Of a DNA stretch of 64,000 nt, positions 43,798-54,423 are shown piece after piece (the first letter of the stretch is position 1; each line of letters begins with the position of its first letter). Source of the DNA: Bacteroidota bacterium (lineage in GTDB: Bacteria; Bacteroidota; Bacteroidia; 2-12-FULL-35-15); the NCBI GenBank assembly GCA_005772895.1, contig SXIH01000040.1, positions 477-64,476 on the forward strand, written 5' to 3'. The position numbers were made by a program, and so were the translations under genes. The notes under the pieces were generated by a model. The model was not told the DNA's origin, made no database searches, and was given only the letters and a program-made list of their open reading frames with translations.

Positions 43798-46700
43798 CTA
43801 TTTTACTATAGTCACTGTTCCAATATATTTATGTCGTTTACCCATATTATCTCTTACCTCAATATTGTATACATAAACATCTTGTTGAGCAACTTCTCCT
43901 TTATTCTGAACTTTTCCGTTCCAGCCTTCATTTACAGAAGTAGATCTGAAAATCATATTTCCCCATCTGTCGAAAATACGCATTGTAAATTCTTCAATGT
44001 TTTGTCCCTGAGGAGCAAATATTGGATTCAATCCATCGCCATTAGGAGTAAATCCGCTTGGGATATAGAAAGTGTATTCAGGTTCAATAACCAAGCAGTT
44101 TGTGATAGCATCGGTACAACCACCATTACTTTGAACTGTTAGTGTTACACAATAAGTACCGGTATCAGCGTAAGTATGAGTCGGATTCATTTGAGAACTT
44201 GAATTCGGTTCATAAAGGTTAAGCGGGTCACCAAAATCCCAGGACCAAGTAGTTGCATCTACAGAAAGGTCTGTAAAATTAATTGTTGGATTTACAGTGT
44301 TTGTTGGCTGAGGTCCAAAAATAAATTGTGCAATCGGTTGAGGATAAATTGTGATCATATTATTGATTGTACTTGTTGATGTACATCCACCATTTGAAGT
44401 TACTGTTAAAGTAATATCATAAGTTCCAACAGTGTAACAAACAGGAGCAGGAATTTGTACTGATGATGTTGACCCATTTCCAAAGTCCCAAGCCCAATTT
44501 GTAACAACTCCACCAGTAACGGTTGAGGCATCTGTGAAAGTAACACAAGTAGGATCACAACCAGAAGTCACATCTGAACTGAATATAACAACCGGAACTT
44601 GTAAAACAGTTACAGTTACTGTTCCAGTTGCAGGTAATACAGTACATCCATCAGTAATAGTAATTGTATAAGTTGTAGTTGTTGCAGGAGAAACAGTAAA
44701 TGTACTTCCCGCTCCACCACCAGGCATCCAGCTGTAAGTATATGTTCCATTACCTCCGGATGGTATTGCACTTAAAGTGGTGTTTGCTCCAGGACAGATT
44801 GAAACGTTTGCGCTAGGAGTTACTCCCAAAGGAGGATTTACAGTTACAACAACTGTTTGCGGACTTTGTGAAACACAACCTGCAGTATCTGTCGCTACAA
44901 CAGTATAAGTTGTAGTTATGGTTGGAGAAACAGTATTGCTTGGTCCTGTGAAAGCTGGGGCCATCCAATCAAATGTATAACCTCCGGATGCATATCCGCC
45001 ATTTGCTGAAGCATTCAAAGTTGTACTTTGTCCTATACAAATAGTAACAGGAGGAATAACATCAATAATAATTACGTTTGGTTGAGTTATAGTAGCACTT
45101 GCAGTAACAGTACATCCGCTTGCGTCTGTAATAGTACAAGTATATGAACCAGGGCACAATCCTGTTGCTCCGGGAGTTGTTTGTCCGTTTGTCCATAAAT
45201 AAGTATAAGGCGCAGAACCCAAACTAGCAGTTACGGTTGCTGTTCCATCACATAATCCGTTACAAGAAACAGATGTTGAAGTGATTGTAGCAGTTACACC
45301 AGGAGTGTTAGGCACGGTTACACAAATGCTGTCGAAACAACCATTTGCATCTGTAACCGTAACACAATATAATCCCGGGATTAAGTTTGTTGCAGTAGGA
45401 GTAGTTTGTCCGCCAGGCGACCATAAATATGTGAAACCACCTGTTCCGCCTGATGCGACAACCGTTGCAGAACCATCTGGTTGATTACAATTAGAAGTTG
45501 TTGTTGAACCCGCCAATACAATTTGAGTAGGTTCAGTTACTGTAATTGTATTTTGTGCCGTACATCCGAACATGTCGGTTACTGTAACTGTATAAGTGGC
45601 TGCGCATAGACTGTTAACTACAGTGCCCGTTGAACCTGTAGTCCAACTATAAGTATATCCTCCAAAACTTCCTGATGCGGTTACACTTCCTGTTCCATTA
45701 CAAGCTGCAAAGCAACTTGCCGGAGTAACGCTTACGGTTGCAACTAAAGGAGAACCAACTGTTATCATAACAGCATCTGTTCCTGTGCAGCCAAATGCAT
45801 CAGTAACAGTTACTGTATAAGTAGTAGTTGCTGCAGGTGTAACGTTAGGTGTTGCACTTGTTGAAAAACCTGGTGTTCCCGGAGCATCCCAAGAAAAAGT
45901 ATAACCGCCACCTGAAGGAGTAACTCCTAAAGTGTAATTTCCTCCTGAACAAATACTATCATCAACTCCTGCATTTACGGTAATACTAGCGGCTACAGTA
46001 ACAGTAACAGTTGTCAAAGGTCCGATACATCCCAAAGCATTGCTTTGTACGTAATATGAAGTTGTTGCTGTTAAAGGAGGAGTAGTATAATTTGTTCCTG
46101 TTCCTAATAAAGTTCCACCAGGCGCATCGTACCATTCATAAACTGGTCCCGATGTGCTTGCAGTTAATGTCGCAGTCATTCCATTACAAATTGTAACGTT
46201 TGGAACAACTGGCGCTACAGGTGTTGGATTTACAGTGATGTTTACTGTTCCCGGTAAACTGGTACAACCGGCAGCAGATGTTGCTGTAACTGAATATGTT
46301 CCTGTTGCTCCTGTTGTTGCAGAAGCAATAGATGGATTTTGTAAAGCTGATGTGAATCCACCTGGTCCCGTCCAACTCCATGTTGGGCCTGTAGAAGTAG
46401 TAGATAAATTCAATGTTGTGCCTGAACAAATTGGTGTTGTTCCCGATGCCACTGGTGTAGCAGGAGTAGGATTAATTGTTACTGTAGTTGAAGATGGGGT
46501 TCCAACGCATCCTGACAAAGTAGGAGTAACGGTATAAACTCCCGAATTAGCTACAACAGGTGAAGCTATTGTAGGATTTTGAAGTGCAGATGTAAATCCT
46601 CCTGGACCTGTCCAACTATAAGTCGCACCTGGTATTCCGGGCAAGCAACTTAAATTTAATGCTGTTCCTTCGCAAACTGGTCCGTTATTGCTAGCTGTTA

Positions 46701-47649
46701 CAGCAGGAACGATTGTTTGTAAAACCACAACAGTATCTGTACTTGCCAAAGCCGCTCCACAACCAGAAGTTCCGGTAATGGCTGCATAATAAGAAGTGCT
46801 TGGCTGACCAGCAGGAGGAGTAACTGTAATAGGAGAACCTGTTCCAACTAATGTGTTTGAAGGTAATTCATACCAGTTGATAGTATACGTAGCAACCCCG
46901 TTTGGAGTATATCTATAAGCTTCGTTGGTTGTTGTCCATGCTGTACTGTTTCTTCCTGGTACCGTATAAGCAATTGTTCCTGGTAAATTGTGAATTCCTT
47001 GAACGGCTGTTCCACCTGCCCAAGCCATACAGTTAGGTTTAGTAGCAATGTGATTCTCAATAATATTAGTAGACTCATAAATAACAATTTGAAATCTTCC
47101 CAATGTTGTAGTACAAGAAAACATAGGGCAATTGTTCCAAGATACCACAAGTCTTCTGTTGGGAGCAACTCCTAAAGTCTGATAATTAATGTATGGTCCT
47201 CCCGCAACTCCCGGATGCCAGTCTTGCCATGGTCCCATAATACAATTTTTAGGAACAGTAGCAGCTGTAGAAGGTATAGGGGCAGAGGTAAATGTGGTAG
47301 CTGTTGGAGAGAATGATATCCAACCGTTTGAACCGATGTAAAATTGTGTATAGCTATTTCCGAAGAAACAAAATGTGAATCCAATAGGTAATACTCCACT
47401 TTGAGAGTCATCAGTAAGTGTAACAAATGTTCCTCCAGTATATGAATTTGGAGCATATCCTATATTACTTACGGCATAACTAGTTGTTGGTAAACTTCCT
47501 GGTCCTCCGGGAGTAACAACTGCTGTTAAGTTGGCGCTTCCACCAGCACAAATTGTTTGAGTTTCAGGTGAAGCATCCACCGTTTGAGCAAAAGAAGCAC
47601 TTGATAAAGATAGTAGTGCTGCTATTGGAAATATTTTAAATTTTTTCAT
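43798..47649 (-). CDS. Large T9SS type B (CHU_C / gliding-motility CTD) surface protein with NIDO-like, Ig-like, SprB and PKD repeats
   Basis: Signal peptide, PIGFTFCFFG...GSNG.ISF, YSWTGP.GF, GTYTVTVTD..GC repeats, W.WDFG PKD, C-terminal IP.GFTPNGDG.N..F...IFDRWG. Confidence 0.93.
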   Translation of the reverse strand: MKKFKIFPIAALLSLSSASFAQTVDASPETQTICAGGSANLTAVVTPGGPGSLPTTSYAVSNIGYAPNSYTGGTFVTLTDDSQSGVLPIGFTFCFFGNSYTQFYIGSNGWISFSPTATTFTSAPIPSTAATVPKNCIMGPWQDWHPGVAGGPYINYQTLGVAPNRRLVVSWNNCPMFSCTTTLGRFQIVIYESTNIIENHIATKPNCMAWAGGTAVQGIHNLPGTIAYTVPGRNSTAWTTTNEAYRYTPNGVATYTINWYELPSNTLVGTGSPITVTPPAGQPSTSYYAAITGTSGCGAALASTDTVVVLQTIVPAVTASNNGPVCEGTALNLSCLPGIPGATYSWTGPGGFTSALQNPTIASPVVANSGVYTVTPTLSGCVGTPSSTTVTINPTPATPVASGTTPICSGTTLNLSTTSTGPTWSWTGPGGFTSALQNPSIASATTGATGTYSVTATSAAGCTSLPGTVNITVNPTPVAPVVPNVTICNGMTATLTASTSGPVYEWYDAPGGTLLGTGTNYTTPPLTATTSYYVQSNALGCIGPLTTVTVTVAASITVNAGVDDSICSGGNYTLGVTPSGGGYTFSWDAPGTPGFSTSATPNVTPAATTTYTVTVTDAFGCTGTDAVMITVGSPLVATVSVTPASCFAACNGTGSVTASGSFGGYTYSWTTGSTGTVVNSLCAATYTVTVTDMFGCTAQNTITVTEPTQIVLAGSTTTSNCNQPDGSATVVASGGTGGFTYLWSPGGQTTPTATNLIPGLYCVTVTDANGCFDSICVTVPNTPGVTATITSTSVSCNGLCDGTATVTASLGSAPYTYLWTNGQTTPGATGLCPGSYTCTITDASGCTVTASATITQPNVIIIDVIPPVTICIGQSTTLNASANGGYASGGYTFDWMAPAFTGPSNTVSPTITTTYTVVATDTAGCVSQSPQTVVVTVNPPLGVTPSANVSICPGANTTLSAIPSGGNGTYTYSWMPGGGAGSTFTVSPATTTTYTITITDGCTVLPATGTVTVTVLQVPVVIFSSDVTSGCDPTCVTFTDASTVTGGVVTNWAWDFGNGSTSSVQIPAPVCYTVGTYDITLTVTSNGGCTSTSTINNMITIYPQPIAQFIFGPQPTNTVNPTINFTDLSVDATTWSWDFGDPLNLYEPNSSSQMNPTHTYADTGTYCVTLTVQSNGGCTDAITNCLVIEPEYTFYIPSGFTPNGDGLNPIFAPQGQNIEEFTMRIFDRWGNMIFRSTSVNEGWNGKVQNKGEVAQQDVYVYNIEVRDNMGKRHKYIGTVTIVK

Positions 47650-47829
47650 AGTGTTTATTTTTAAGAAATAAGAGTACTTCCTTAAAATATCTTTCTTAAT
47701 TACTAGACTCTCAAAGGCTTAAAAAGGTTGCATGTTTATCTTGTTTTATCGGGTATGTGAAGATATAGTTAAGAATACTCGACCAACTATGAAAAGTGAA
47801 GGATGAAGTCGGTAAATGGAAAGGGAAAA

Positions 47830-48594
47830 TTATATCTTTTCTAAAAGCTTACTCTTTATCCAGCCCACATTGCCATTTGCTATTTGTATCTCAGTCCAGT
47901 CATCGGTTTCCTGAGTTACAAATACTTTTGTTCCTTTGTGTAAGATAAAAAGCTTTGTTCCTTTTTCATTTGGTGAACCTGTAATGGTTGCAGTACCGGA
48001 AATAACAATCGCATCTGAGCTATTTTTCGTCATTTCATATTTGTTTTGAGCAATAAAAAAGATAAAAATAGTAATCAAACAAATTAATGTTCCTCCAAAG
48101 AAGCCGAGTTTTTTTAATGCATTATTATAAGCTAAAATATAGATGCCAAATAAAAAAAGTGAAACAGAAAACAGAATGATGCAGATAATCGACCACTCTT
48201 TTTCATTGAATATATTGATAATGCCATTTTTCCATTCAGATAAAAACAGTTGAGGTGCAGCATCTATTTTATCTTCTGTTTTTTGATTTACATGCTTTAG
48301 GTTGCTATGTATATCCTCATCATCAGGATTTATTTTTTTTGCTCTTTCATAATTTAAAATAGCAAAACCAATATTGTTTGTTTTGTAATAGGCATTTCCT
48401 AAGTTGAAATATACTTCCGCTGAAACAGAATTACTCTTAATCAAACTTTCATATTGTTCAATAGCTTTTTCGAAATTACCTCTTGCATAAGAAGCATTTG
48501 CACTATCAAATGCAATTTGTTCTTTGCTTGCAAATGTTGTTATGCAAATAAAGAAAACAAATAAAAATGCAGTTATTGTTTTATACAATTTCAT
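47830..48594 (-). CDS. batE: BatE (TPR + SH3)
   Basis: YFNLGNAYYK...AILNYERA, TM pair, F.LH.GTKV...W..I...NG..GWI. Start moved from 48639. Confidence 0.88.
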   Translation of the reverse strand: MKLYKTITAFLFVFFICITTFASKEQIAFDSANASYARGNFEKAIEQYESLIKSNSVSAEVYFNLGNAYYKTNNIGFAILNYERAKKINPDDEDIHSNLKHVNQKTEDKIDAAPQLFLSEWKNGIINIFNEKEWSIICIILFSVSLFLFGIYILAYNNALKKLGFFGGTLICLITIFIFFIAQNKYEMTKNSSDAIVISGTATITGSPNEKGTKLFILHKGTKVFVTQETDDWTEIQIANGNVGWIKSKLLEKI

Positions 48595-50386
48595 TTTCAA
48601 TTTTAGTAATGAGTTCAACCGTGCTGTTGTATATACCATTCAAATCTCCTGATACAGAAGTTGGTGCATATCTGGCAAACTCACAGTTATCCAATGTTGT
48701 AATAAGTTTTTCTATTGTTCCTTCTGAAACACTTCTGTTTTTTAAAGTTTCTGAAATATGTTCCTTGTTTAAATCTGCTACAGGAATATTTAGTTTATCG
48801 CTGATATATCCATACAAGGATTTAAATATTTCGATGTAAAATAATTCTTTGTTGTTTGCTTTTAAATGTTGTGTGGCAATTGACAAACGCTTTCTCGCCA
48901 TCTTAGTCGCCATTCTGCTTTTTACTGCAATGCCGTCTTTGTTTTGTTCTATGTTTTTTCTTCTGATAAATAAAAACAAAATGAAACAAATAAGCGGAGA
49001 AATTAATAGCGTATAGAATAGGGCAGAGCCAAAAAAGAAGTTTTCTTTTTCTTTTAATACTGTTGATGTTTTGATATAACGAATGTCGTTCCCTAAAACT
49101 TTTAATTCCTCTTTAGCGTTTGTGCCGCCTACAACAGTTGCTGAGGTGCCGGTTCCTTTTTCAACATGTAAGTTAAAAGTGGGAGAAGGAAGTGTGATAT
49201 ATTCTTTTTTACTTGGATCAAAATAGCTAAAGTTTAAAGGCTCTATTTGATAGTCTCCTTCGTGACGAGGAATAAAAAGGTAATCAAATGTTTTTGTTCC
49301 GCTAATTCCGCTTCTAGTTACCGAAATATTTTCACTTGTTTTAGCATCATAAGTTTCAAAATCTTCGGGCAAATTTACTTTTGTAGGCTCAATCAATTTA
49401 ATATTTCCATTTCCCGAAAGTGTTAATGTGAGATTTACTGCTTCATCTGCTTTTATTTTTTCTTTCGACATTACAGCTTTATAAGTATAGCTACCAACAG
49501 CACCCGAAAAGCCTTCCGGTTTGCCTGTTTCGGGTAATGCTTGTACATCAATAATGACAGGAGTGCTTTTCATTGGGTGTAAAACTTCTTCATAACCTAC
49601 CCCCATCATTTGTTCAAAAATATCGCGCGGTTTTCGTTTTGATTTCTGGCGGACTACACACTCTATTTCAAAAGGATCAATGGTTAATTTTCCTGTATGC
49701 TGTGGAATAAGATATGTTTTATAAATTTCACCAACTACATAAGTAATTCCATCAATTGTTTCGTTTGTTTGTTTTGTTTGCTCATTCGTTTTTATATTTT
49801 GAACGAAAAATCCATCGTAACTAGGAAGTTTAGTGATGTTGCGGAGCTGCATTTCCATGCGGGTATATACTTTAAAAGTAACATCTATTACTTCTCCAAC
49901 ATATACTTTTGATTTGTTTACTTGTGTACGGACAAAAATATTATCACCTAAATCCGAAGTAGTAGGTTTGGTAACTGCTTGTCCGCTTGTATTGTTATTC
50001 TGATTACCTGAACTAACAGCTCCTTTTGTAACTTCTATTGTAATAGAATTGGATTGAATAGTTTTTCCATTCGATAAAATGGTAGCAGGACCAAGTGTTA
50101 ATTTCCCTTCCTTTTTTGCCGCTATAACGTATGTTAAAGAAGAAGATTGGTTTACCACATTATTTGTAATAGAAGTACTGGAAGATTGATAAGGACCTTC
50201 AAGTATTTCAAACTCCGACATAGGAGGCAACTTGAAATTTTTACCACCACCACTCAAAGAAAACTGCACCTGAAAGCCTTCACCCACAGCAACCTTGGTT
50301 GAACTAACAGTGGTTGTGAGCGTTTGCGCCAACGTATAATTCGTCAGAAGTGTAATTATGAATAATATGTAAGCTACTCTTTTCAA
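48581..50386 (-). CDS. batD: BatD
   Basis: V.VGE.F.V.F, V.VGE.I.VTFKVY, V.PLP...P..F.GAVG, DIRYIK. TTG start. Confidence 0.92.
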   Translation of the reverse strand: MKRVAYILFIITLLTNYTLAQTLTTTVSSTKVAVGEGFQVQFSLSGGGKNFKLPPMSEFEILEGPYQSSSTSITNNVVNQSSSLTYVIAAKKEGKLTLGPATILSNGKTIQSNSITIEVTKGAVSSGNQNNNTSGQAVTKPTTSDLGDNIFVRTQVNKSKVYVGEVIDVTFKVYTRMEMQLRNITKLPSYDGFFVQNIKTNEQTKQTNETIDGITYVVGEIYKTYLIPQHTGKLTIDPFEIECVVRQKSKRKPRDIFEQMMGVGYEEVLHPMKSTPVIIDVQALPETGKPEGFSGAVGSYTYKAVMSKEKIKADEAVNLTLTLSGNGNIKLIEPTKVNLPEDFETYDAKTSENISVTRSGISGTKTFDYLFIPRHEGDYQIEPLNFSYFDPSKKEYITLPSPTFNLHVEKGTGTSATVVGGTNAKEELKVLGNDIRYIKTSTVLKEKENFFFGSALFYTLLISPLICFILFLFIRRKNIEQNKDGIAVKSRMATKMARKRLSIATQHLKANNKELFYIEIFKSLYGYISDKLNIPVADLNKEHISETLKNRSVSEGTIEKLITTLDNCEFARYAPTSVSGDLNGIYNSTVELITKIENEIV

Positions 50387-50394
50387 TTTTTATT

Positions 50395-50450
50395 GTTTCT
50401 AGTTTCTAGTTTTCAGTTTATTGTTTCTAGTTTCTAGTTTTTAGTTTTGT
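50395..50450 (+). repeat. Heptamer tandem repeat (GTTTCTA, 8 degenerate units)
   Basis: GTTTCTA GTTTCTA GTTTTCA GTTTATT GTTTCTA GTTTCTA GTTTTTA GTTTTGT between batC and batD. Confidence 0.85.
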
Positions 50451-50503
50451 TTACTGATTATTTCCAAAAACTGTAAACTAAAAACTTCAGACTCTCAACT
50501 AAA

Positions 50504-51271
50504 CTACCAATCTTTCTCAATTTCCACCTTCACACCTTTAGCTTTTATTTTCTTCATTTTATCCTGAAGATTTTTCTCGTCATTTTGCAATGCATCTAAC
50601 AAACGCTGAGCATCCTCTTTCGAGATTTTATTTTTTTGCTCTTCTTGTTTTTCTTTGTCTTTATTTTCTTTGTTTTCTTTTTCTTTCTCCTCTTTTTCCT
50701 TTTCTTCTTTTTCTTTTTTGTCTTTATCCTTATTCTTGTCTTTGTCTTCTTTCTTCTCTTTGTCTTTTTTCTCCTGCTCCTTTTTTTGTTGTTCTTGCTG
50801 TTGTTTTAAATACTGTTGTGCATACGCTAAATTGTATCGTGTATCAGCATCATTTGGGTTATTTTTTAATGCATTTTTATAAGCATCTACACTTTCCTGA
50901 TATTTTTTTGATTTTAATAGTGAATTTCCCAAATTGTGAAAAGCCTTAGCCAAGGTATCTTTTGAAGTAGCTCTATGTGTTAATAGTTGAAACTGGTTAG
51001 CCGCTTCTTCATATTTTCCTTGTTTGTAGTAGGCATCACCTAAATTGAATGCACCCTTGTATGAATCTTTGTTTTTTTCTAATGCTTTGCCAAATTGTTT
51101 TTCAGCAGTAACATAATCTGATTTTTTATAAGCTTCATTTCCGTCTTTCAAATGTTTCTTTTCCGATTGAGCATAACTAAATGATGGAAAAGCAAACATC
51201 AGCACAAACAGGAAGCTGTTTATGTTATGCAAATTCAATTGTGTATGAATTTTACTGTTTTTCATTTCCAA
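50504..51271 (-). CDS. batC: BatC (TPR protein)
   Basis: FNLGDAYYKQ, HNLGNSL, YK.AL..NP.D...RYNLA, K/E tract, EDAQRLL.AL...EK, EKDW. Confidence 0.9.
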   Translation of the reverse strand: MEMKNSKIHTQLNLHNINSFLFVLMFAFPSFSYAQSEKKHLKDGNEAYKKSDYVTAEKQFGKALEKNKDSYKGAFNLGDAYYKQGKYEEAANQFQLLTHRATSKDTLAKAFHNLGNSLLKSKKYQESVDAYKNALKNNPNDADTRYNLAYAQQYLKQQQEQQKKEQEKKDKEKKEDKDKNKDKDKKEKEEKEKEEKEKENKENKDKEKQEEQKNKISKEDAQRLLDALQNDEKNLQDKMKKIKAKGVKVEIEKDW

Positions 51272-52310
51272 ATAAATTCAATCGTTTGTAAAGTTTACTT
51301 TTGCGCTCCGTTAAAAGCGTTTCAATTAATAGCAATAAAAATGCCCCTGCAATAAACCATTGAAAACGATCTTCATAATCGCTGTACATTTTACTTTCAA
51401 ATTGTTTTTTCTCTAATTTATCAATCGCATCTAGAATATTATTTAATCCAGCATCCGAATTGGTTGCGCGGACATAAATTCCATTTCCTGCTGAGGATAA
51501 TTCTTGCAACATTTGTTCATTTAATTTTGTTACTACAGTATTTCCATCTTTATCTTTTTTAAATCCTTCGCGCACATTTCCTTTGTATACTGGAATTGGA
51601 GCGCCTTCTGCTGATCCCATTCCAATTGTATGAATAGTAACTCCTTTTTCTACTGCATCTTCTGCGGCATCCAAAGCGTTCTGATCATGATTTTCTCCAT
51701 CTGTTATAATTACTATCGCTTTGTTTTTTCCTTCATCTTTTCCAAAAGATGTCATTGCCATTTCAATTGCTTTCCCAATATCTGTTCCCTGGGTAGGAAT
51801 TAAATCGGTGCTGATGCTTTCCAAAAATAATTTAGCAGCAGAATAATCTGTTGTGATTGGAAGTTGAACATAAGCTTCTCCACCAAAAACTATAATTCCA
51901 ATTCTGTCGCCTTCTAGTTTGTCAATTAACTTTGAAAGTGCTTGTTTTGATTTTTCTAAACGGTTAGGAGATAAGTCTTCTGCTTTCATACTGTTGGAAA
52001 CATCCAAACAAATCATTAAATCGGCACCCTTACGTTTTACTTCTTCTAGTTTTGTTCCTACTTGAGGGTTTATTAATCCTATTATTAATAATGTAAACGC
52101 AACTAAATACAATGCTGTTTTCCATACTCGTTTTGTCATTGAAACATCAGGGAACAGTTGTTGAATAACAGAAATATCACCAAATGATTTCAACGCATTT
52201 TTTCTCCATCTTCTCACAAACCATAAAGCAAGCAGAAGCAGTGGAATAATTCCAAAGGCGTAAATGAAATATTTGTTTTCTAATAGAAACATATAAATAT
52301 TTTTCACCAT
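51252..52310 (-). CDS. batB: BatB (VWA)
   Basis: DVSNSM.AED..PNRL, DRIG.IVF.G.A, PITTDY, ITDGENH. Confidence 0.93.
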   Translation of the reverse strand: MVKNIYMFLLENKYFIYAFGIIPLLLLALWFVRRWRKNALKSFGDISVIQQLFPDVSMTKRVWKTALYLVAFTLLIIGLINPQVGTKLEEVKRKGADLMICLDVSNSMKAEDLSPNRLEKSKQALSKLIDKLEGDRIGIIVFGGEAYVQLPITTDYSAAKLFLESISTDLIPTQGTDIGKAIEMAMTSFGKDEGKNKAIVIITDGENHDQNALDAAEDAVEKGVTIHTIGMGSAEGAPIPVYKGNVREGFKKDKDGNTVVTKLNEQMLQELSSAGNGIYVRATNSDAGLNNILDAIDKLEKKQFESKMYSDYEDRFQWFIAGAFLLLLIETLLTERKSKLYKRLNLFGNEKQ

Positions 52311-52313
52311 AGT

Positions 52314-52349
52314 CCCCTCTCCATTTGGAGAGGGGATTTAGGGGTGAGG
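52314..52349 (+). repeat. REP-like palindrome between batA and batB
   Basis: CCCCTCTCC-ATTT-GGAGAGGGG-ATTTAGGGGTGAGG. Confidence 0.75.
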
Positions 52350-52350
52350 T

Positions 52351-53361
52351 TTATGGTATACTTTTTAAAAGCGTATTTTTTAATAAAAATTCAAGTAATA
52401 ATAATATTGCTGCTGTTATTGCAAATGGTAAAAAATGTTCTGATTTATTTGTGAAATTCTTTTCTTCAAAAATTGTTTTTTCTAATCGGTCAATTTCTTT
52501 GTATACTTCTTTCAATTTATCATTATCAGTCGCACGGAAATATTTTCCACCGGTTAAATCAGCAATTTCTGTCATTGTTTTTTCATCAATTACTACTTCA
52601 GCCCATTCATAAGCATAACTGCCATCCGGATATATTCCTGCAAACGACAATGCTTTACCTGTAGTTCCTAATCCAATTGTATAAACACGAACGCCAAATG
52701 CTTTTGCGATTTCCGCTGCTGTCATTGGAGCAACTGAACCTTGGTTGTTTACACCATCCGTTAATAAAATGACAACTTTGCTTTTTGCTTTGCTGTCTTT
52801 GATTCGTGTTGTCGCTGTTGCTAATCCATTTCCAATTGCTGTCCCATCTGCCAACATTCCCAATTTTATTCCTGAGAATAAATTCTTTATTACATCGTGA
52901 TCGGAGGTAAGCGGACATTGAGTAAAACTTTCACCACTAAAAATTACTAAACCAATTCTATCATTCGGACGACTATCAATAAATTTGGTAGCCACTTCTT
53001 TTGCAGCTTCTAATCTGTTTGGTTTAAAATCTTTTGCCAACATACTGGATGAAATATCCAATGCAATCACAATGTCAATTCCTTCTGTTTTTACGTCTTT
53101 GTAACTTGAGCGTGATTGTGGACGCATCAATACCAAAATTAAAATTGATAAAACCGCAAGTCTAATAATAATGATTAAGTGACGTAAATATTGTTTGTAT
53201 GATGTTCTTACTTTCTCAAATCCTTCTAATGATGATGTTTTTAATTCAGCATTTAATGTTTTGTTCTTAAAAAAATACCAAACGATAATCACAGGAATTA
53301 CCAGAAATAACCAGCGTAATTCTTTATTTGCAAATGTGATATCGTTAAAAAATTCAAACAT
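52351..53361 (-). CDS. batA: BatA (VWA)
   Basis: LDISSSMLA.DF.PNRL, DRIGLV.F.GE..TQCPLT.D, GTAIG.GL, LLTDG.NN.G. Confidence 0.94.
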   Translation of the reverse strand: MFEFFNDITFANKELRWLFLVIPVIIVWYFFKNKTLNAELKTSSLEGFEKVRTSYKQYLRHLIIIIRLAVLSILILVLMRPQSRSSYKDVKTEGIDIVIALDISSSMLAKDFKPNRLEAAKEVATKFIDSRPNDRIGLVIFSGESFTQCPLTSDHDVIKNLFSGIKLGMLADGTAIGNGLATATTRIKDSKAKSKVVILLTDGVNNQGSVAPMTAAEIAKAFGVRVYTIGLGTTGKALSFAGIYPDGSYAYEWAEVVIDEKTMTEIADLTGGKYFRATDNDKLKEVYKEIDRLEKTIFEEKNFTNKSEHFLPFAITAAILLLLEFLLKNTLLKSIP

Positions 53362-54368
53362 TACTTTTTCCCTTTTTCCTCTTTTGACTTATCTTCCTCT
53401 CCACTATAATCCTGTTTAGTTCCATGAATAAAATCATAACTGTTAGTCATGCTCATTTCGTTTTCCGTTGGCAAAGGCTGTTCTTTTGCAAACTTCACTA
53501 GATCGGCTAATATCAATACACTTTTTAATTTTGATTTGCTCTCATCGTCAATTGCTACTTTTCTGAAACCAAATAAAATTTCATCTGTTGTTTGCTCAAG
53601 CGCTTGTATTTTAAATCTATTCTCAATGTATTCACGTATAATATCGGTAAGCTGACTGTGATATAATTTAAGTTTGCCGGCTTGCCATAAGTTTTCTGTT
53701 TTTAATTTATCCAGTTTTTCAAATGCAATAATATGAGCAGGAATTTTTGGAATCTCTACTTCAATCATTGGCGGTTTTACTTTTCTTGTATATCTCACAA
53801 TTAAGAAGAAAATAAGAAGAACTAGCAATGCTCCAAGTAAAACCCATACATACACCATATTGTCTTTAATCCAATCTATCCAGGAATAGGTTTCTTCGAA
53901 AGGCTCTTTGATATCTTTGATTGCTTGTGTTGTATCAACAGCCATTGTGCTCACTTGTAGTAAAAGTGGGTCTGTGAAAATTCCATTTGTATCTCCTGCT
54001 AAAAATTTGAAAGGAGGAATTGCCCAATATCCAGAATCGAAAGAAGTAATACTTAATGTTTGAGTTTGAGTAAATAAAAACGGGTCAGCTTTGTCAACTA
54101 TGGTATCAATTTTACTCTGACTAACAACTTCAACTTCTTTTCTGATTGTGTCAGCAATCTCCGGCCATAAAACTTGAATACGTTTTCCATCATCAACACG
54201 ATATTGAATACTCAAAAGTAATTTTACCTGCTGTCCGATTTGTATTTCGTTGCTGTCAAGTTTTGCTGTAGCTTTTATTTGTTGTGCTGATGAAATAAAT
54301 GGAATAGCCAACATACTCAGCATAAGTAATGCTAAAAATATGTTTTTATATGTTGACTTTAGTTTCAT
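53361..54368 (-). CDS. Bat-operon hypothetical membrane protein
   Basis: I.IG.Q..L, TSFDSG...IP, DIK....P, TM, E.TT.EI, ADLVKFAK. Confidence 0.8.
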   Translation of the reverse strand: MKLKSTYKNIFLALLMLSMLAIPFISSAQQIKATAKLDSNEIQIGQQVKLLLSIQYRVDDGKRIQVLWPEIADTIRKEVEVVSQSKIDTIVDKADPFLFTQTQTLSITSFDSGYWAIPPFKFLAGDTNGIFTDPLLLQVSTMAVDTTQAIKDIKEPFEETYSWIDWIKDNMVYVWVLLGALLVLLIFFLIVRYTRKVKPPMIEVEIPKIPAHIIAFEKLDKLKTENLWQAGKLKLYHSQLTDIIREYIENRFKIQALEQTTDEILFGFRKVAIDDESKSKLKSVLILADLVKFAKEQPLPTENEMSMTNSYDFIHGTKQDYSGEEDKSKEEKGKK

Positions 54369-54423
54369 TTTTTTAATTCGTAATTCGTATTTTTCGTACT
54401 AATTAGTATTTCGATGGCGATGG

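Noticed and set aside
45281-47456. Plus-strand ORFs inside the CHU_C gene
   Set aside because: Antisense shadows of Thr/Val/Gly-rich repeats.
50590-50949. Purine-rich low-complexity tract and antisense Phe/Ser ORFs in batC
   Set aside because: The K/E/D/Q linker is a normal BatC feature.
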